Positions 1-15,000 of a stretch of DNA of 64,000 nucleotides are shown here, piece after piece. Position 1 is the stretch's first letter; each line of letters begins with the position of its first letter. A program made the position numbers and the translations under genes. Below the pieces are notes generated by a model. It was not told where the DNA came from and searched no databases. It worked only from the letters and a program-made list of their open reading frames with translations. This stretch comes from Balanoglossus misakiensis (Eukaryota > Animalia > Hemichordata). Location of the stretch: NCBI GenBank assembly GCA_040954595.2, contig CM082578.2:6681519-6745518 (forward strand), in the 5' to 3' direction.

Positions 1-3000
1 GGAGCTGACTGGGGAGACATTCCGGGCGGCATCTGCATTCCCTGATTCCCCATGTGGTTCCCCATGGGCGACATCCCGTGCGTCATTCCCTGTGGCTGGG
101 AATGGGGCGGCACTCCTTGCATTCCCTGCATGACCCCGCCCGCGGGCGACATTCCCTGGTGGCCGGCCATCATTCCGGGCATGGCGCCTTGCATCCCTGC
201 GTGCATTCCGGGCTGCATTCCTCCCTGCATGCCCGGATGCATTCCACTCTGCATACCTGCGGGATGTGGATTAAAATCAGGAAATCACGTCCTCTGCAGA
301 CAGCGGGCACTCATCATCCAGAACTCGCACATGAACGCACGCACGCGCACACACACACACACCCCAAGTTCAAATTCTATCTATACAACTACTTCATACT
401 CTGCATCAAACATTTCAAAGTTCAAGACTCACACATCTTGTAATCTCAAACACAATCTGCCCATTTCGACAACATGAATTGCCTCCGTCATTATAACAAG
501 ACTGCCTGATAATGTGCACCGAATGGGGGCAGAATGACTTTCTGCTCAGGGACAGATAAACTGTTGTAAATTCTTGACTTGAAATATGCAGGGTGTTGAA
601 GTATCCTGGTACTTTTACCAACACTACAAGTGAACTGAAAGCAACACTGTCTCACACTGACGCACATATCTTTTCCAACCTAATTTCACAGAAAGTAGGG
701 CTTTAAGTTCAGTTGTAGTACGAGCAAAGTAGCAGATGTCATACAGAAATGGATGACAGAGATCAACTTGCCCTGCATGCTGTTGTTGTTGTTGATAGCG
801 GAAACATGCTGCTGAATCACCATACCTACAGGAGTTGGTGGACCTACAATACCCATCATGGCACCTGAACTGCTGCCTGGCGTCAGTGGACGTCCTCCGG
901 GACCTGGAGATGCACTCTGCAGGCCACCACGGATTGCTTGCCGTGAAAAGAAGTTTCTGTGGGAAAAATGTGACAGATTATAGGTAGTGAGCTTGACAGA
1001 AAGGCGTTACTGAGACAGCCATGTTTAATACCCAGCTCAACACCCTTTCAAGAAATGAATGAAAACTGCTGGGTACAACTGCACATTTCCAGGAATGGGA
1101 AAGTGCAGTAGAAAATTCACACTTACATATGTGTCAGACACCCAACAGAATTCAACTGTGCCAGGTACAATACTATTGCACATTCAATGAAACTGACAGC
1201 TGAGGCGTGACCCCTTACCTGCTTCTCTGATTTGGATAGATATGCTTCGCAGCAACTCTCAAATGTACTTCTTTACAATGCCTTATCAGTCTTGCCATTT
1301 GAGGGAATGGTCTGGGTAAAAGAAAAATTGAAAGCGCAGTCATGTAATGTGTTTGCAGTTTATGCCACTGAATTTTCCCAATAGCACACTACAGATGTTC
1401 ACCAGTACACAGACACGAGAAATAAGCTGATACACATGATATTGAGATGGTAACTTATTGGAGTGACGCCCTCGCTAGGAAGGAGGGAGTCTATGTGCAG
1501 GTTTGTTTTCAGAAGGAGACCATCTTTGAGATGTACTGGATTTTGTTTGATGTAGCATGTTGTTTGCTCAATAAAAAGATAAGTGAAATAAAACACCATT
1601 TCATTACTCACTGATTGACTTTCCTGTTCCTGGGACAGCCACGCCACAAACATGGGTACTCTGGAGTCTCACCTGGATGCAAAGGAATAACAGAAATCAA
1701 AGTATGAAGCTGCAACAGTTTCACTACGGATGCAGGTGAAGGTATACAGTCACCTCTAATTTACATATGCCTATGTATGGTAAAATGGGCATGTCTAAGT
1801 GTTTGAATGACCATGTTGTGGTGGCACACTTTTTCGCCTTTGCCACCCACTGAAAATCTGTGATTGGTTATATTTTAACTTTCCATGGCAACAGTGGTTA
1901 AATTTGCATAGGTGACCGTGTACCTTTAATATACAGCAACAAATCATGTCCATAATCACTCGCATCACGAAAAATAACAAGAACAGTGTACTCACCCATC
2001 ATCCTGAGATGGCCAGAGTTCTCCAAGATGTGATTCGTCAAGTCTTGTAAATCTTCAAACTGGAAGTCGCAATCACCCCAGCCACACTCATAGACCACCA
2101 GGGTTCCTGCAGGGGGTGCAACCTGGGAGGCTGGGGACCCTGGTGTCATGGATGTCTCATTGCGGGCAGCCTCTTCTTTGGCAGCCGCCTGCAAGGCAGC
2201 TCTCTCTTCATACGCTGATTTCTGTTTGCCTTCTAGATTTCTCCACTGCGCGAGAGGAAATGATACAGAGCACAAACAAATTTCAAAATCCTGGCACATA
2301 CGGGGACAGAGAACAGCAAATGGTCGGACACGATGTTAGCATTGCTTTTGGTACATGTATGTCAGTTCACAAGCAATTCTGTAACACCTGAAATTCAGTA
2401 AGATGTTTTCACATAAAGAAGAAATTCACTGTTTTCAAAACCAAATTGAAGTTCACCCCAAATGGGAAGCTTAATTAAAGGTGCATGGTGTGACTATGAC
2501 TGACAAAATATGTATGTGCATGCAGTGTTTAGCATTCACATGCGGGATTGAGTAAACATCATAAACATTGATATTTAACCTTTCTCTGATATTCAACCTT
2601 TCTCAGATCCGAAATCTGGTCCGTGACAACCTAGTACCCCATTTCATATTCTGTTGTTGATCTTATTTTAGCACATTAGCATTCGATAGATGCATCAGCA
2701 GACACAACCAGGCTTCTTTGAATGCAACCTTACCTCAGTGCCGATGACTCGACTGAGCTCTCCAAATGAATGGTCCGGGTACTGCTGCTTCAGCTGCGAT
2801 CTGATCTCGCTGGCAAACAGGATGTAACCGCTGGCAGTTCTCTTGGGCTTGGGCTGCAAATACAGGAACAGAGATCAGAAATGCAAATATCAGTGTTGCA
2901 TAGTGATGGAGTGGAACAATGGCAAAAAAAACAGTAGAAGATGGCCAAAGTATCAAGGGCATTTCACTCTCATGTATGGAAACGTTTTTAAGTACAGTGC

Positions 3001-6000
3001 AAAGCAGCAAAAGGGAAAGCGCACAATATTTTTGGCTTCTCCATTGAGAAGTGAACATATGTGTTTGGTTGCTGGGAAAGGTCATTTCAGAAGTCATTCC
3101 CTCAAACAGCTGAGTCCAATTTCAACTTATGAATTCTTAGAACTCATTTATAATTTTTTACTCATTTAAAAGATCAATTGCTTTTTACCGTGTATATGAC
3201 AAGCTTAAATGTACCTTGGTGCATTCCCTGAATTCCAGGATTCACCTTTCTGACCCAGATTGATTTAACTAGAATTGAACTGCAAACCAACCCACCTTGA
3301 CTGGTGTTTCGATGACAGGAGCTGGTGGTGGAACCACTTCCATGGCAGTGTCCTCTACCTCCTCCTTGGTCTCCGCTTCCTGCTCTTGCTCTTCCGAGAC
3401 CTTCTGCAGCAGCGGTGACGGCTCCTTCAGTGGTGTGATGGCCTTCCGGAAGAAGTAGATCTCGTCGTCGATGACCTTGTTGGCCAGCGAGAACTTCTTC
3501 AGCCCCTTGAGTTTCCTGATCTGCCTCTCGGCTTCGTTGTAGCGAGCTTCGCATACGAACACGTCGTCCTCTGCGATCTCTGTGGGCCGACCTGGACAAG
3601 AAGTGTTAAAACGGGATTGAAATTATCACAATGCAGTGTCTCAGATTCAGAGAATACACGTCTAAATACCAGACATGAAGGGTAATGTTTGGGATTTATG
3701 TTTAGAGGATGTAGCTCTGCATATGCCCTAAAGGTGGATTGTTTTGTGAAAGCAAGTGGTACCATACTTCCCGGCTCACAGGGACTAAAAACTTAAACTT
3801 TGACACAAACATGGTTGTGGAATCAGTCGAATCACTTTGACTTACTGTGAAGATAATCTTTGAATGCAAAGACGGCACATTTGCCACTGATACTGCGCAT
3901 GGGGTTGGTATCTTCTATGGAGCTCAGAAAGACTTCATTCTTGTAGAACATGCGGGTCGGCTGGTGTTCCGTCTCAGACGGGTGCACGTACCATGGACCG
4001 TGGAACCAAGGATCACCGCTGTGGTAAATGACAGAGTAGAGTGAAAATTAAGCAATAACCCCGCGCCATGGGCGGGGTATACATGAGATTTGGGTATACT
4101 GTAATTCAAGACATATAGCACAAACCATAATAGGCCCTATGGTTAGTGCACATACACACGCACACACACACACACTGCATATCAGAGATCTCAACAAGGA
4201 ATGTGGCGTACAACTGTTCTCACTCACTTTGAATCTTTCCACATTCTGTCTATCCTGGCCAGGTAGGGCTTGTCCTCATCAGAGCGCAGATACACACAGT
4301 CGCCGAGTTTGTAGTACCCAGACTCTATGTTCAGCTGTTCGTAGTATGTGCAGCCTTCGTCCGGATTGGTGACTTCCACCTCAACATCCTTGGGACAGAA
4401 ATGACGCAAACCGTACAAACAGCACTGAGTTTAAGATGCTTCACAAATAATGGTAAAATATTCAAATTCAAGGTCTTCACACACAAAGGAAATCTGAAAG
4501 TCAAAGCCATCTCTCTGCCCATGTACAAGTGAGATAGTTAAATTCTGAAATCTAAAGACACACACCTCTCTTTCTTTATCCAAAACCTCCATGGCATCCG
4601 TTTCCATTGGCTCTTCTTGCTTGTTGATCTGATCAGCGAAGACCGAGGCAACTCGCACCCTTGATAAGGGTTCATCCCGTGGGACGATCTTCGTATTATT
4701 TGACGGCATGGACCAAATCTGAAAATGGAAATCATCAGATTTCAAACAACCAACAAAACACACCTTAACAAGATTACGAGTAGTCACACACCAATGGGAA
4801 AAATATCTGTAGGGGTAGTGACATGTACCGGTGACGTGTCCCTACACTGACCTTGATCTTCTTGAAGCACTTGGCCTTGGCATTGTATCTTGACTCGCAC
4901 ACAAACACGTCCTCCTCAGCGTAACCATCGGGTTTGGTCTTGAAGTAGTCCTTGACAAACATGACGTAACACTTGCCCATGACTCTGCTTACTTTAGCAC
5001 TGTTGTAGTAGTCGCTCTTGAAAACCTCCTGAAATGCAAGGAAATTTAAAGATTTCAATTGAAGGACATGATTCATTTATTTCAAGTCAATTATAATAAA
5101 ATTTCAGTTCTTTCCTGGGACCACTGAAGCAGCTTTTCAATGACTATTCAAGGGTTTTGAAGTAAGTTTGAAAGATTATCTTTTTTCCATGAATATCAAC
5201 GTAATGTGCTTGAAATAATTTTGTCAGATGAGAGAAAACTGGCATAATTTACAATTAAATTAAGTATGAATCTAATTACAAGCAACTTGCTAACCTTTGT
5301 CAGGAATTTCCTCGTTGCGAGGTGGAATGTCTCATCCGGTCGGTAGAACCAGTTGCCATGCAACCACTGCTCCCCGTTGTCACCAGTCCAGAGTTTCTCG
5401 ATCAGGACGATGTGAGGTTTCAGATTCTTCTCCCTATTGAGTTCAAGGTGACAAAAATTTGTCAACCTAAATTAAGGAAAATGATAATTTGTCAAAATGC
5501 GTAATTGATACATTTTTGCCAGATAAATGGCAGAATGTTGTTATTTGTTATTGTTAATGTTAAGAGGGTAAATTTTCTTTGTAAATTTTGGATAATTTTT
5601 TACTAAAAGTTATTTTTTCAAATATAGAAAGGTTAGTTTTGCACACAATTTTAACAGAATGATACACCTCTGTTGATGACTGTTTGTTAATAGTCACCAT
5701 TAGTTTATTTTGACGACTACAAATGATGGTACACCAAAATTGCAGTGTATTATCAAGAATGTTGTTCTATAATGTTGTTCATACATTCAGTTGCCCATTT
5801 AGATAGGTAAATGTACATTTTCATGATGTCGATGGATACAGAAAAGCTTATTAAATAAATTGAAATGGAGATTTGAGACTCCACACAGACTAAATGCTAG
5901 AACTTGGTGACCATTATTTATGTCTACCACCATATAAAATAAATGCAATTTTTAAAGTGCAGTTATTTTAACACCCGCAAATATGAGCTTGTGATAGAAG

Positions 6001-9000
6001 TTACGATTACCAAATCCAGATCATGGGAAGACACCACAGCAAAAAAACCCAAGCAGTAGAAAGAGGTGAGAGCTCAGCTAGTAATAGAGAAAGAGTGAGA
6101 GTTCAAAATAAAAGACAGTCAGTGAACAGAAAAGCATTCGGCTCAGTCTAAAGAACCTACAACAGAAGATACAATGATATATGAAGAATTAACAGAAAAA
6201 AGACGAGTGGATACCCAAGTTATAAGTCCCTAGCAACAGGTGAAACCTGAAATATGCATGAACCAAGTATAATAAATGAATATGTGTACATGTACATAGA
6301 AATACACATATCTCCAGGTACATGTACATGTATATGTTCAAGCTTTAGGAAAGATAGGAAGCTGAGATGACAAGTTCTATTCAACTATACTGACAGATGA
6401 CAAACAACAAGATTGACCACTTACAACGGCTCCAAGTACACAAAGTCGCCAACACGGTATGTCTGCCCCTTGACATCAACTCCATCAGTGACCTACAGAA
6501 GTCGTACAGATATATTGCAAGTATATGGTTAATATGCAGTATGTGATATGGGTTTTAAAAATTCACAAAATGGATCCATGCTTTGTAAATTTCACTATGT
6601 CCAGGAACTGGTGTAGAAAACACGGAACATTTAACCCTGACTTGATGACCTGAATTAAATACTACAATTTTACTTTGTGATGTCTATCAAAACAAAATTT
6701 CCTTCTACAATAAATTTAACCCTTTCACACCCATGGTGTGATCCAACTCCATTGCTCACTGGTGAATAATTACAATTAAATGTATACGGCCATCTAAACA
6801 AATTTAGCCACAATTACAATGGAAAGTTGAGATCTGGAAAATCACAGATTTTCACAGGGTGGTCATGCGATCATTTGAAGACTTAGACATGCCCTTATAA
6901 CCATGTATTGGCATATGTAAAGCGACTGTATACCTTGAACTTTTCTCAAGAAATCAGTCAAATACAATCAATCTTTTCCAAAACGGCCTAGTTACCTCTA
7001 CAACTGCATTACCCAACAAACTCACCACGCTCGATTGGCCTTCCTCCTTTTCCGCCTCTAATTCCTGCAACCGTTTCTCCTCTTCCCGCTTCTCCTGGTC
7101 TTCCTTCATTTCCTTGGGCAGCTTTTCCTTCTTCTCCTTGTCCAGGTCATTCTGCAGATGCTTGTGAGTGTAACTCAGAGCTGGGGACAGCAGCAGCTCG
7201 CCGTTCTTGCAGATTTCGTCTCGGATTGTGATCAGGAATTTCTGCAGCTCCATAGCGTCTTCATAAACCTAAAATAGGCATGTGTCAGAATTTATCAGTG
7301 AAATTGAATTATTTAACTGTAGGACTTATTTTAAAAACAAATGCGTTTACTTTCTTTTTTTTCTGTTCCTGAAAATATTCTAAAGCACATATTCCTGCAA
7401 ATGGAAGAACACTAACTCCACTAACTCTCACCTGGGAATCTGTACGGCTGAGTTTCCGAGCTGTTTCAAACACTTCGTACATGTCGTCTTGGAAACGATC
7501 CAGTCTTCTGTAACGTCCTCTGTCAAGATTTCTTCTAACTGCATCCAGGTCCAAAGGTCTCCTGGCACGTTGAAAGCAACACGATTATGAGTGACAATGG
7601 ATAGTCATTGTTAAAGAGGCCTGAAGATGTACCGGTAATGGTTATCTTTTCCATGGGCATATAAATATTAAAAAACATAGAAAAACTCACTTCACTGTCT
7701 TCAGATCTGAACCTTCTTCTTTCTCGATGGGGATCTCAGCCAAGGAGTCACTGTAACACCTTCCTTCTTCGTCTTGATGATTCACCACAGACACGTAGAG
7801 ATTGGTCATGATTTCACGCACCAGCATCTGTACATCAGGCACTCCGGACGACTCGTCACTCATCAATTCAGCATTCTTTTGCAAAAGTATCCTTTGCAGA
7901 GTAAGAGCATCCTTAAGAAGAAAAAAAAAACAATCAGATGAGTTCATGGAATGTTAGGATTAAACCTTTCAAGTATGAGAACACACCCACAATTTATACC
8001 ACCATAGACCACTACGCGGATAGGGTATCTGCAATGCATGATGGTATAATTTGTGTTCAATATAGCGTCTAGTACATGGCTAACACACACGCTCAGAACG
8101 CAAACTGTCCCACAACCCCCTGCGTTATACTATCCGCGAAGTACGTATAGGGTGATCTGGCCTGAGAGGGTTAAAAAGGCCAAACTCGCACAAGAGACTG
8201 AATGAATCCATTACACTGCTTGTGTTAATTGAATGTTATTCCAATATGACATGTTACAGCCAGCTTCTCCTCATAATAACATGATCCCTCTCCACAATTC
8301 TAACCTTGTATATCTGTGAGTCCGGTTCGTTGAATTTACAGGCATTATCGAACATGAGCAGGAAGTCTGCCACCATGTCATCCAGTGTTTCATACTGGTT
8401 ACACTGGATTCGCTGATGTATCTTTTGCATGTCGATTGGTTTCTTGATCACTTGGTAGTATTCGGGATACTCCTGTGAAAGTCATCACGAAAAAAAAAAG
8501 AAAACCAGTAAATGTTGTGTTTTTTTTTCCTTCTCTCTTGAGATCTGCCCGTGACTCAAACCTGTGTATATAGTGGCCAGTCAAAGAACTCTCCCAAGCT
8601 AGCCTTTATAGACAGGTTAATTAATGTACATGTAATTTGTACAGGGACTGTTAACAAAGTGGCCACTATATACAGGAGGCCACTAACACAGGTTTTACTG
8701 TACAATGTTTTGAGTTTGTAATGTTGAGGTTTTTAAATTTAAAAATCCAGTGACAGTCGATGCAAAGCGTCTTTTCGATGCTTTGAATGCTTCATTGAAT
8801 TGTACAGTAAGAATGCTACAGAACCTTCCAAAAGAATGAACGTTAGTTTTCTTATGCAATCACATACAATGGGAATGTGGAAAATCATCACAAATGGATA
8901 CTTACACTTTTGGATGGCAACCTTTGGAAGATTGTTGAGAGTACTCTTTTATGGCTGTCTTTGTAATTGCTGACGGTTTCGTACAGTTCTTTGAGCTTCT

Positions 9001-12000
9001 GTGCCAGAGGTGTCAGAGCTTTGCTAGACTTCTTTGGAGTAATCTTCTTCAGAGCTTTGGCTTTCGGTGCTGGAGTTATGTCTGAAACAGGGAGAGATCT
9101 TGACTATTAGCAATGATGTAGTTAATAGCTGGTGACAAGTCAAAATGCCCTGTCTGAACTCATTCACCATGTTGAAGAGTCTATTCACTACACTAACCAT
9201 AGAGATGCATGAATGAACTCTTGAATCAGCTCAGCAACACATGAAGACATTCTGAATCAAAGGAAAACCTCATGTACCACTGACATGCCACAGTTACTTC
9301 ACAGAAACGCAGGTTCACATCATAACCGGGATTCATCATTTGATTCCACGTACCTTGTGGTATTGGACCCAGCTCCTTATGTTTCTCCACCAGTAACTGT
9401 TCCAGGGTGTCAGCGTCCCTGTACACCTGGGATTCCTCTTCATTGTAATGTCTGGCATTGTTGAACATCAGCTTGAAGTCAGCAATGAGACCTTGCTCAG
9501 CGGTGTACTAGAAACAGACAGGGTCTGATATGTTAGTCTCTGGTGGTAGTTGTGAAATGTATGATTATAATGATGATGATATACTATGTGTGATTACAAG
9601 ACTGTTGGTCTACCTTTAACCCTTTCACCCCAAGTTCCCTCTATAGAAGCCCAACTTTACCATAGAAAACAATAGATTTGAGTCAAACCATGGTTGGTGA
9701 AAGTATTTAATCTACATGTGTTTACATTACGTACCTTGTCGGAAAGGATGTTGTTTTCTATGGTTATCATGTCTATGGGTTCACTGATGACTTTGTAGTA
9801 GTCCGGGTAGAACTTCTTCGAGGGTTTCTCCATGAACAGATCCGTCAAGTACCGACCATTAGCATCCTGTGAAAACAACAGCAGTGAACAGATTGATTTT
9901 ATAATCATCAAACATGACAGGATGTTTATTCCTGAAAGGGTCGCACTAGCAGGTAAGTGGAAAAGCTGCCAGAATGCTAATTAATTACCAGCTAAGACAT
10001 GCAATACTGGGCTGGGAAAAAAATAATCAGTACGATACTGTGCATTTTGGCCAAATTTGCCACTAGGGCATAAACCACATATGTTTTCATGCTAAGTACC
10101 AGTACACAAAAATGCCATCATCGGAAAAAAGAACCTTGTTGCTCAGGCGTAGTTGTGTTCGTGAGAACAGGGTTCCAGAAACAGGTACTTAACCATTACA
10201 TTGATAATCATGAGTTTCTGCTTCAGTCTTTATTCAGCAGACACTGCTACCTTCCTTACCTGATAATCTTCAATTGTCTTATACAGAAACAACATTCTCT
10301 TTTTCAACTGAGAGTCTGTATCTGTACTTTCCCGACGCATCTTCACTTTCTTTTCCTCGGTTGTGGATGACATTGGCGATGCGGTCTTTCTCTTCTTCAT
10401 CTTCTCTTCAGAGTCTTCTTCAAGAACACTTTCATCTTCTTTCTGCCGAAGCAAATTTGAAAAGGTCATTGTTTTCTGTCTGCAGTTGGGATCTCTTGTG
10501 AATTATTCATGAATCTTTATTAGATATATTGGTGAAAAAATGAGTCCTATGTTGATCAATTCCAAATACATGCCTAGTTCAATCGGACAGTCTATTATCG
10601 GAGGTAAACATAACAAGCCCACTTCCAGTTCAAACATCCATTTTGTCTTATGATAATTATCTCACCTGCCTTTGAAATAATTAATTCAAGAACGGGTGTT
10701 CACTGTTCAGACATTTTTAATTCATTGATTCATTTCCAATTTATCTTTAACAACTATGAGTAACTTTGTCAACGCACCTTGACTTCAAACCTTTCCAACT
10801 CTTTCTTCTTGGCCTGCATGAGCTTTTGCAACCTGTCCGCATCTTTGAACAGTCGTGAGTTGGGCATGTTGTACTGTTTAGCATTGGCAAAGACCAAGTT
10901 GAAGTCTTCCTCAAGTTCATCCAAGGAATTATACTTGCTAGACTAAAATATCAAAAATGTGATTAGTCAGATATAGTAAAATACCATTGTTCTGCAACAA
11001 CATTCATGGTCATGTGTATAGATGTACTGTTAGATGTGACAATTCTGAATCATTAGCGAATGCTACCCAATAACACACTGTATGCACAAGTCCAGCATGC
11101 ATGCATGCATGCACGCACACAAACTCACACCCACATCCACACACACATGTGAAGTGAAGAACGAAAGCATAACTGAGTTACCAGGGCCAATCACGAAGAA
11201 AGACCAGAATTTCACCCCGCATATTTCACCAACCTTCAACTTGCTCCTGATCTTGCTCAAGGCCAACGGATGTTCAATTTCTTCATAGTAATCGGGGTAA
11301 GCCCTGCTGTTGGGCAACCTCATAAACGGCTCGGCCACCAGCTGTCCCATGGCGTTCTTGAAACTGGTGACGGCTTCAAACAACACGTGCAGCGGATCGC
11401 CGACATCTACCAGGAAGCTGCTGTCCGTGCCGGATTCCTCGCCTTCCTCGTATTCCAGAGGTTTGAAAGGATACTGGATCTCTTCTTCTTCGTCGGATGA
11501 TATCTGCAACGCAGCTGTGATCGCCGACAGCGCGTTCTGCCCGGAACTTTGACGAGCTCTGTGGGAAGACAGTCTTAATAAGTAAAACTAAACGCGAGTC
11601 ACGGCAGGCTGCGTGGTGCAACTGAATGCGAGTTGCTGTAAAAATTACCATTACACTGTGTGACAGCCAATATCAAGCTCTCTTCCCTTTCATTTTTTAT
11701 GAATGAAATTGATAATTTATGTAGCCTAGAAACTTGGCACAAACCTTGGTATGTGTGATTACTCAATATGTGCAACATGGCAGTGATTTTAACAGTTTTA
11801 TCTGTTGGGATGCCTTACCAGTAGTTGTAATTTTTTCACCACTCTCATCAGAAATGGCATGTCTACAATACAAGAAGTACCACACACACTTAAATACCAC
11901 ACTTACTTCAGCCTCTCGCTGGACTTGGAAGGAATCTGTCCATCCTTTGCCTGACGCTCAAGTTCAGCCTTCTTCCCGCTGATGATCTTCTTCAAGGTGC

Positions 12001-15000
12001 AGGCATCTTTGTAGACTTGAGAGCCGGGTTCATTGAATGTCTTGGCATTCTTGACCATCAGCAGCAGGTCTTTCTCAAGCGCATTCAATGAATTGTACTG
12101 TTCATTCTGTGAAGAAAGATGGATACCATTTTCACAGCTTTCCAAGTTCTGTACATAATTTCAACTGCAAAATCAAGGCAATGAAGATTTTTTTCTTTCA
12201 GTTTTAAAAGCTTCCTCGCTTCAGGAAAGCAGCAAGCTATACTAAAATAAAATACAGGCAAATTGGAACTGAAATCAAGGTAAAGGGGAATACTAGTATT
12301 ATGGTGGTAGTACATCATAATTATATATGAGGAAAAAATGCTGAGAATATTGTATTACGCTTACTCCTCACATTACAATGCTGCAGTGTAGTGTAGTGTA
12401 GTGGAAAAGGATATAATGCAGCTACAAGACCACAGTACATACCTTGATCTTTTTAGCAATGATTTTCATGTCTATAGGGTTGTTGATGACATCATAGTAC
12501 TCGGGATACGCCGACCTGGCTGGCAGTTTTCTGAAGAGGAGACTGGTGTACCTCGCATTGGCGTCTTTATGTGTCATCACCGACGTAAACAACTGCTCAA
12601 AGGGACTATCCGGATTGTCCATGGCGTAGTCGGAATCCTGTCCACTGTCCACTTTGGGTTCCTCAGAGTATTCACCTGCTACCTCATTGATAGATTCCTA
12701 AAATTCAAGGAAATATTATAATATGACTTTTATGAATTACTGGTCACTTCTGTATATTCACTGTAGTTTGGTAAATAACATTTCATATACTATAGAGTCA
12801 TATTCCTTTTATAACAACAAACAACAAACATTGACTTCCATTTTATGATTCAAATGATCACCCTAGACACAGACCTGACATAAATAACTTCTTCATTTAA
12901 CAGAAACTGTATGAGTGTGTTGCAAGTGAGCGCAAATACAGGCTGCATGCTTTTAAATAGTTAACGCAAAATGGCACATAATCCTTCACACACAACCTAA
13001 AAATAATGATTTAGACTCCTTCCACATTTTCAAAGTTTATAGAGAAGACTGCTTCAAACACGATTACACCATCTGTGGCAATATATCAACAGTGAAGGGG
13101 AGGGCTGCAACTCTGCCTGTCAAAATTCTGACAATATTGCATGACTTTTAGTACCTATGGCTAAACTAGGAATACTGCTATTCTCATTATGAGTAGCTAC
13201 CATGGTCAGGTGCAATATATGCGATGCTCTGAGTCCCTGCACGCATTGATCAAAGGGCGACACTGTCTCGCCTCCAAACTCCTAAACTATAATGAAGGAA
13301 TCATAATGGCACAGAAAGAATGAATGAACAAATCATAACTGAGTGAGCGAGTGGGTGGGTAAATCAGGAAAGAAAAGAAGGTTGGGTTTGAAAGATGGGT
13401 CAATCATTACTGGGGTTGGGTGGGGGGGATCTTTGCATGCTGAAGTGTAAGACCCAGTCAGCACCGTGAAGAGATCTGTACTCCAAAAGGTCACCTGAAA
13501 TAGGAAAAACATGCAGGAGAGGGCAAGAAGGTACATTTATAAGTAGTGATGAAAACACATGCAACAGAAGAGAAAGAAAACAGTGACGGAAGTTGAAGGT
13601 GAGTTTTTTAATTGGACATCTTGGAGGTGGAAGACATGGGAGGTGGTCGGCATAAAGTTTTCATCTTTCTGACAGCCACTGCCTTCTAAGTAGTAGTAGT
13701 AGTTCTAGTGGTAGTAGTGGTAGTAGTACATGCATGGCTATACCTTGATCACTACATGCTTCTCCCCTTTTTTAATGTTACTGTCCTGGTCTTCCACTTG
13801 TGAGGATCGGATTGATCTCAGAGACCCCTTTCCGAGATCGCCGACCGACTTCTTTTCCTCTTCAATCTTGTATGATTTCGCAGCCGGCTGGGCCTCTTCC
13901 AAATTTGCTGGTTTCTCAAATATGTCACTACTGGCTTCCTTGGGCAAGCTGCCTGCTTTAAATTTTATACTGCTGGTCACGTTTAGCGGAGCCTCTAACA
14001 TTTCCCCTGAATTGGAAAGTTCGACATCTTGGAATTTGTCTCGAAGTCCCCACTGAGATTTTTCTGCACGCTGGGGCATGGTGTCTTTGTCTGTCATTCT
14101 ATCCTTGGATTTTTCTTCATTGGGTTTTCCTTGTTCGACATCCATGGGTTCGGACGCTGCTACTGTCTTTGACGCTGGTGGGTCACCTACATCTGATGAC
14201 GATGTGGCAGCCATGACCTTCACGAGAACGGCTTCAGGCTTTTCTTCACGGACAGAGGGAGCCTCCGAGTCTCCGCGATCTGACGCATCCCTTCTTTCAG
14301 AAGTGGAGGCAGCAGAAACAGCAGTGGGAGTGGTAGTACTAGTAGTAATGGTAGCAGAACTAGAGGCAGAGGGCTGAGAGTTAAGTTGAAAAGACAGTTA
14401 GCTACTTTTCTCCAACACTGAGATGAATGCAAAGTGAGATTTTTTCATTTATTAAAGTTATTATCTGGGAAGGAAGGGTGAACACTGTGATATTTACAGA
14501 GAGTACCTTCTAATACCACAGAATTGTAAGAGAGAGGACAGTTATAGGAATCAAAGGGATGGTTAGCTATATCAGTCTGCTGTGGTGATACCATACACAT
14601 AGCATAGATACAACATCCAACACCACAGTGCACACACATGCAGGACAGTTGGTTAATGTCTATTTAGTCAATATCATGCTCTCCTCCCACTTACCTGGAA
14701 AGTGTGTTTATTATTTATTCAGGTCGACACAGAATAGTGCAGTGTGTATGTCAAAGCGTGTTCTCTATCCATGAACTGTTTAACTCACCTCATCGCTCAT
14801 TTCAGTCGTACTGCCAGATTCGGCCGCCGGAACTGGATCAGCGGTAAACGACTTCTCTGATTTTTCCGATTCGTTCTTCCCAGGGGGCTCAGCATGATCA
14901 GACTCCCAGTCGTCTGCTGCCCCATGGCCGCTCAGTTCCTCGTTCTCTTCCAGGATCTCGTTCTTGGTTTCCACGTACAGGTCCCAAAGGTCGCACGCAT

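Noticed and set aside
52-477. Plus-strand Cys/Pro-rich ORFs resembling metallothionein-like peptides
   Set aside because: Antisense shadow of the Gly/Met-rich PBRM1 exon on the minus strand.
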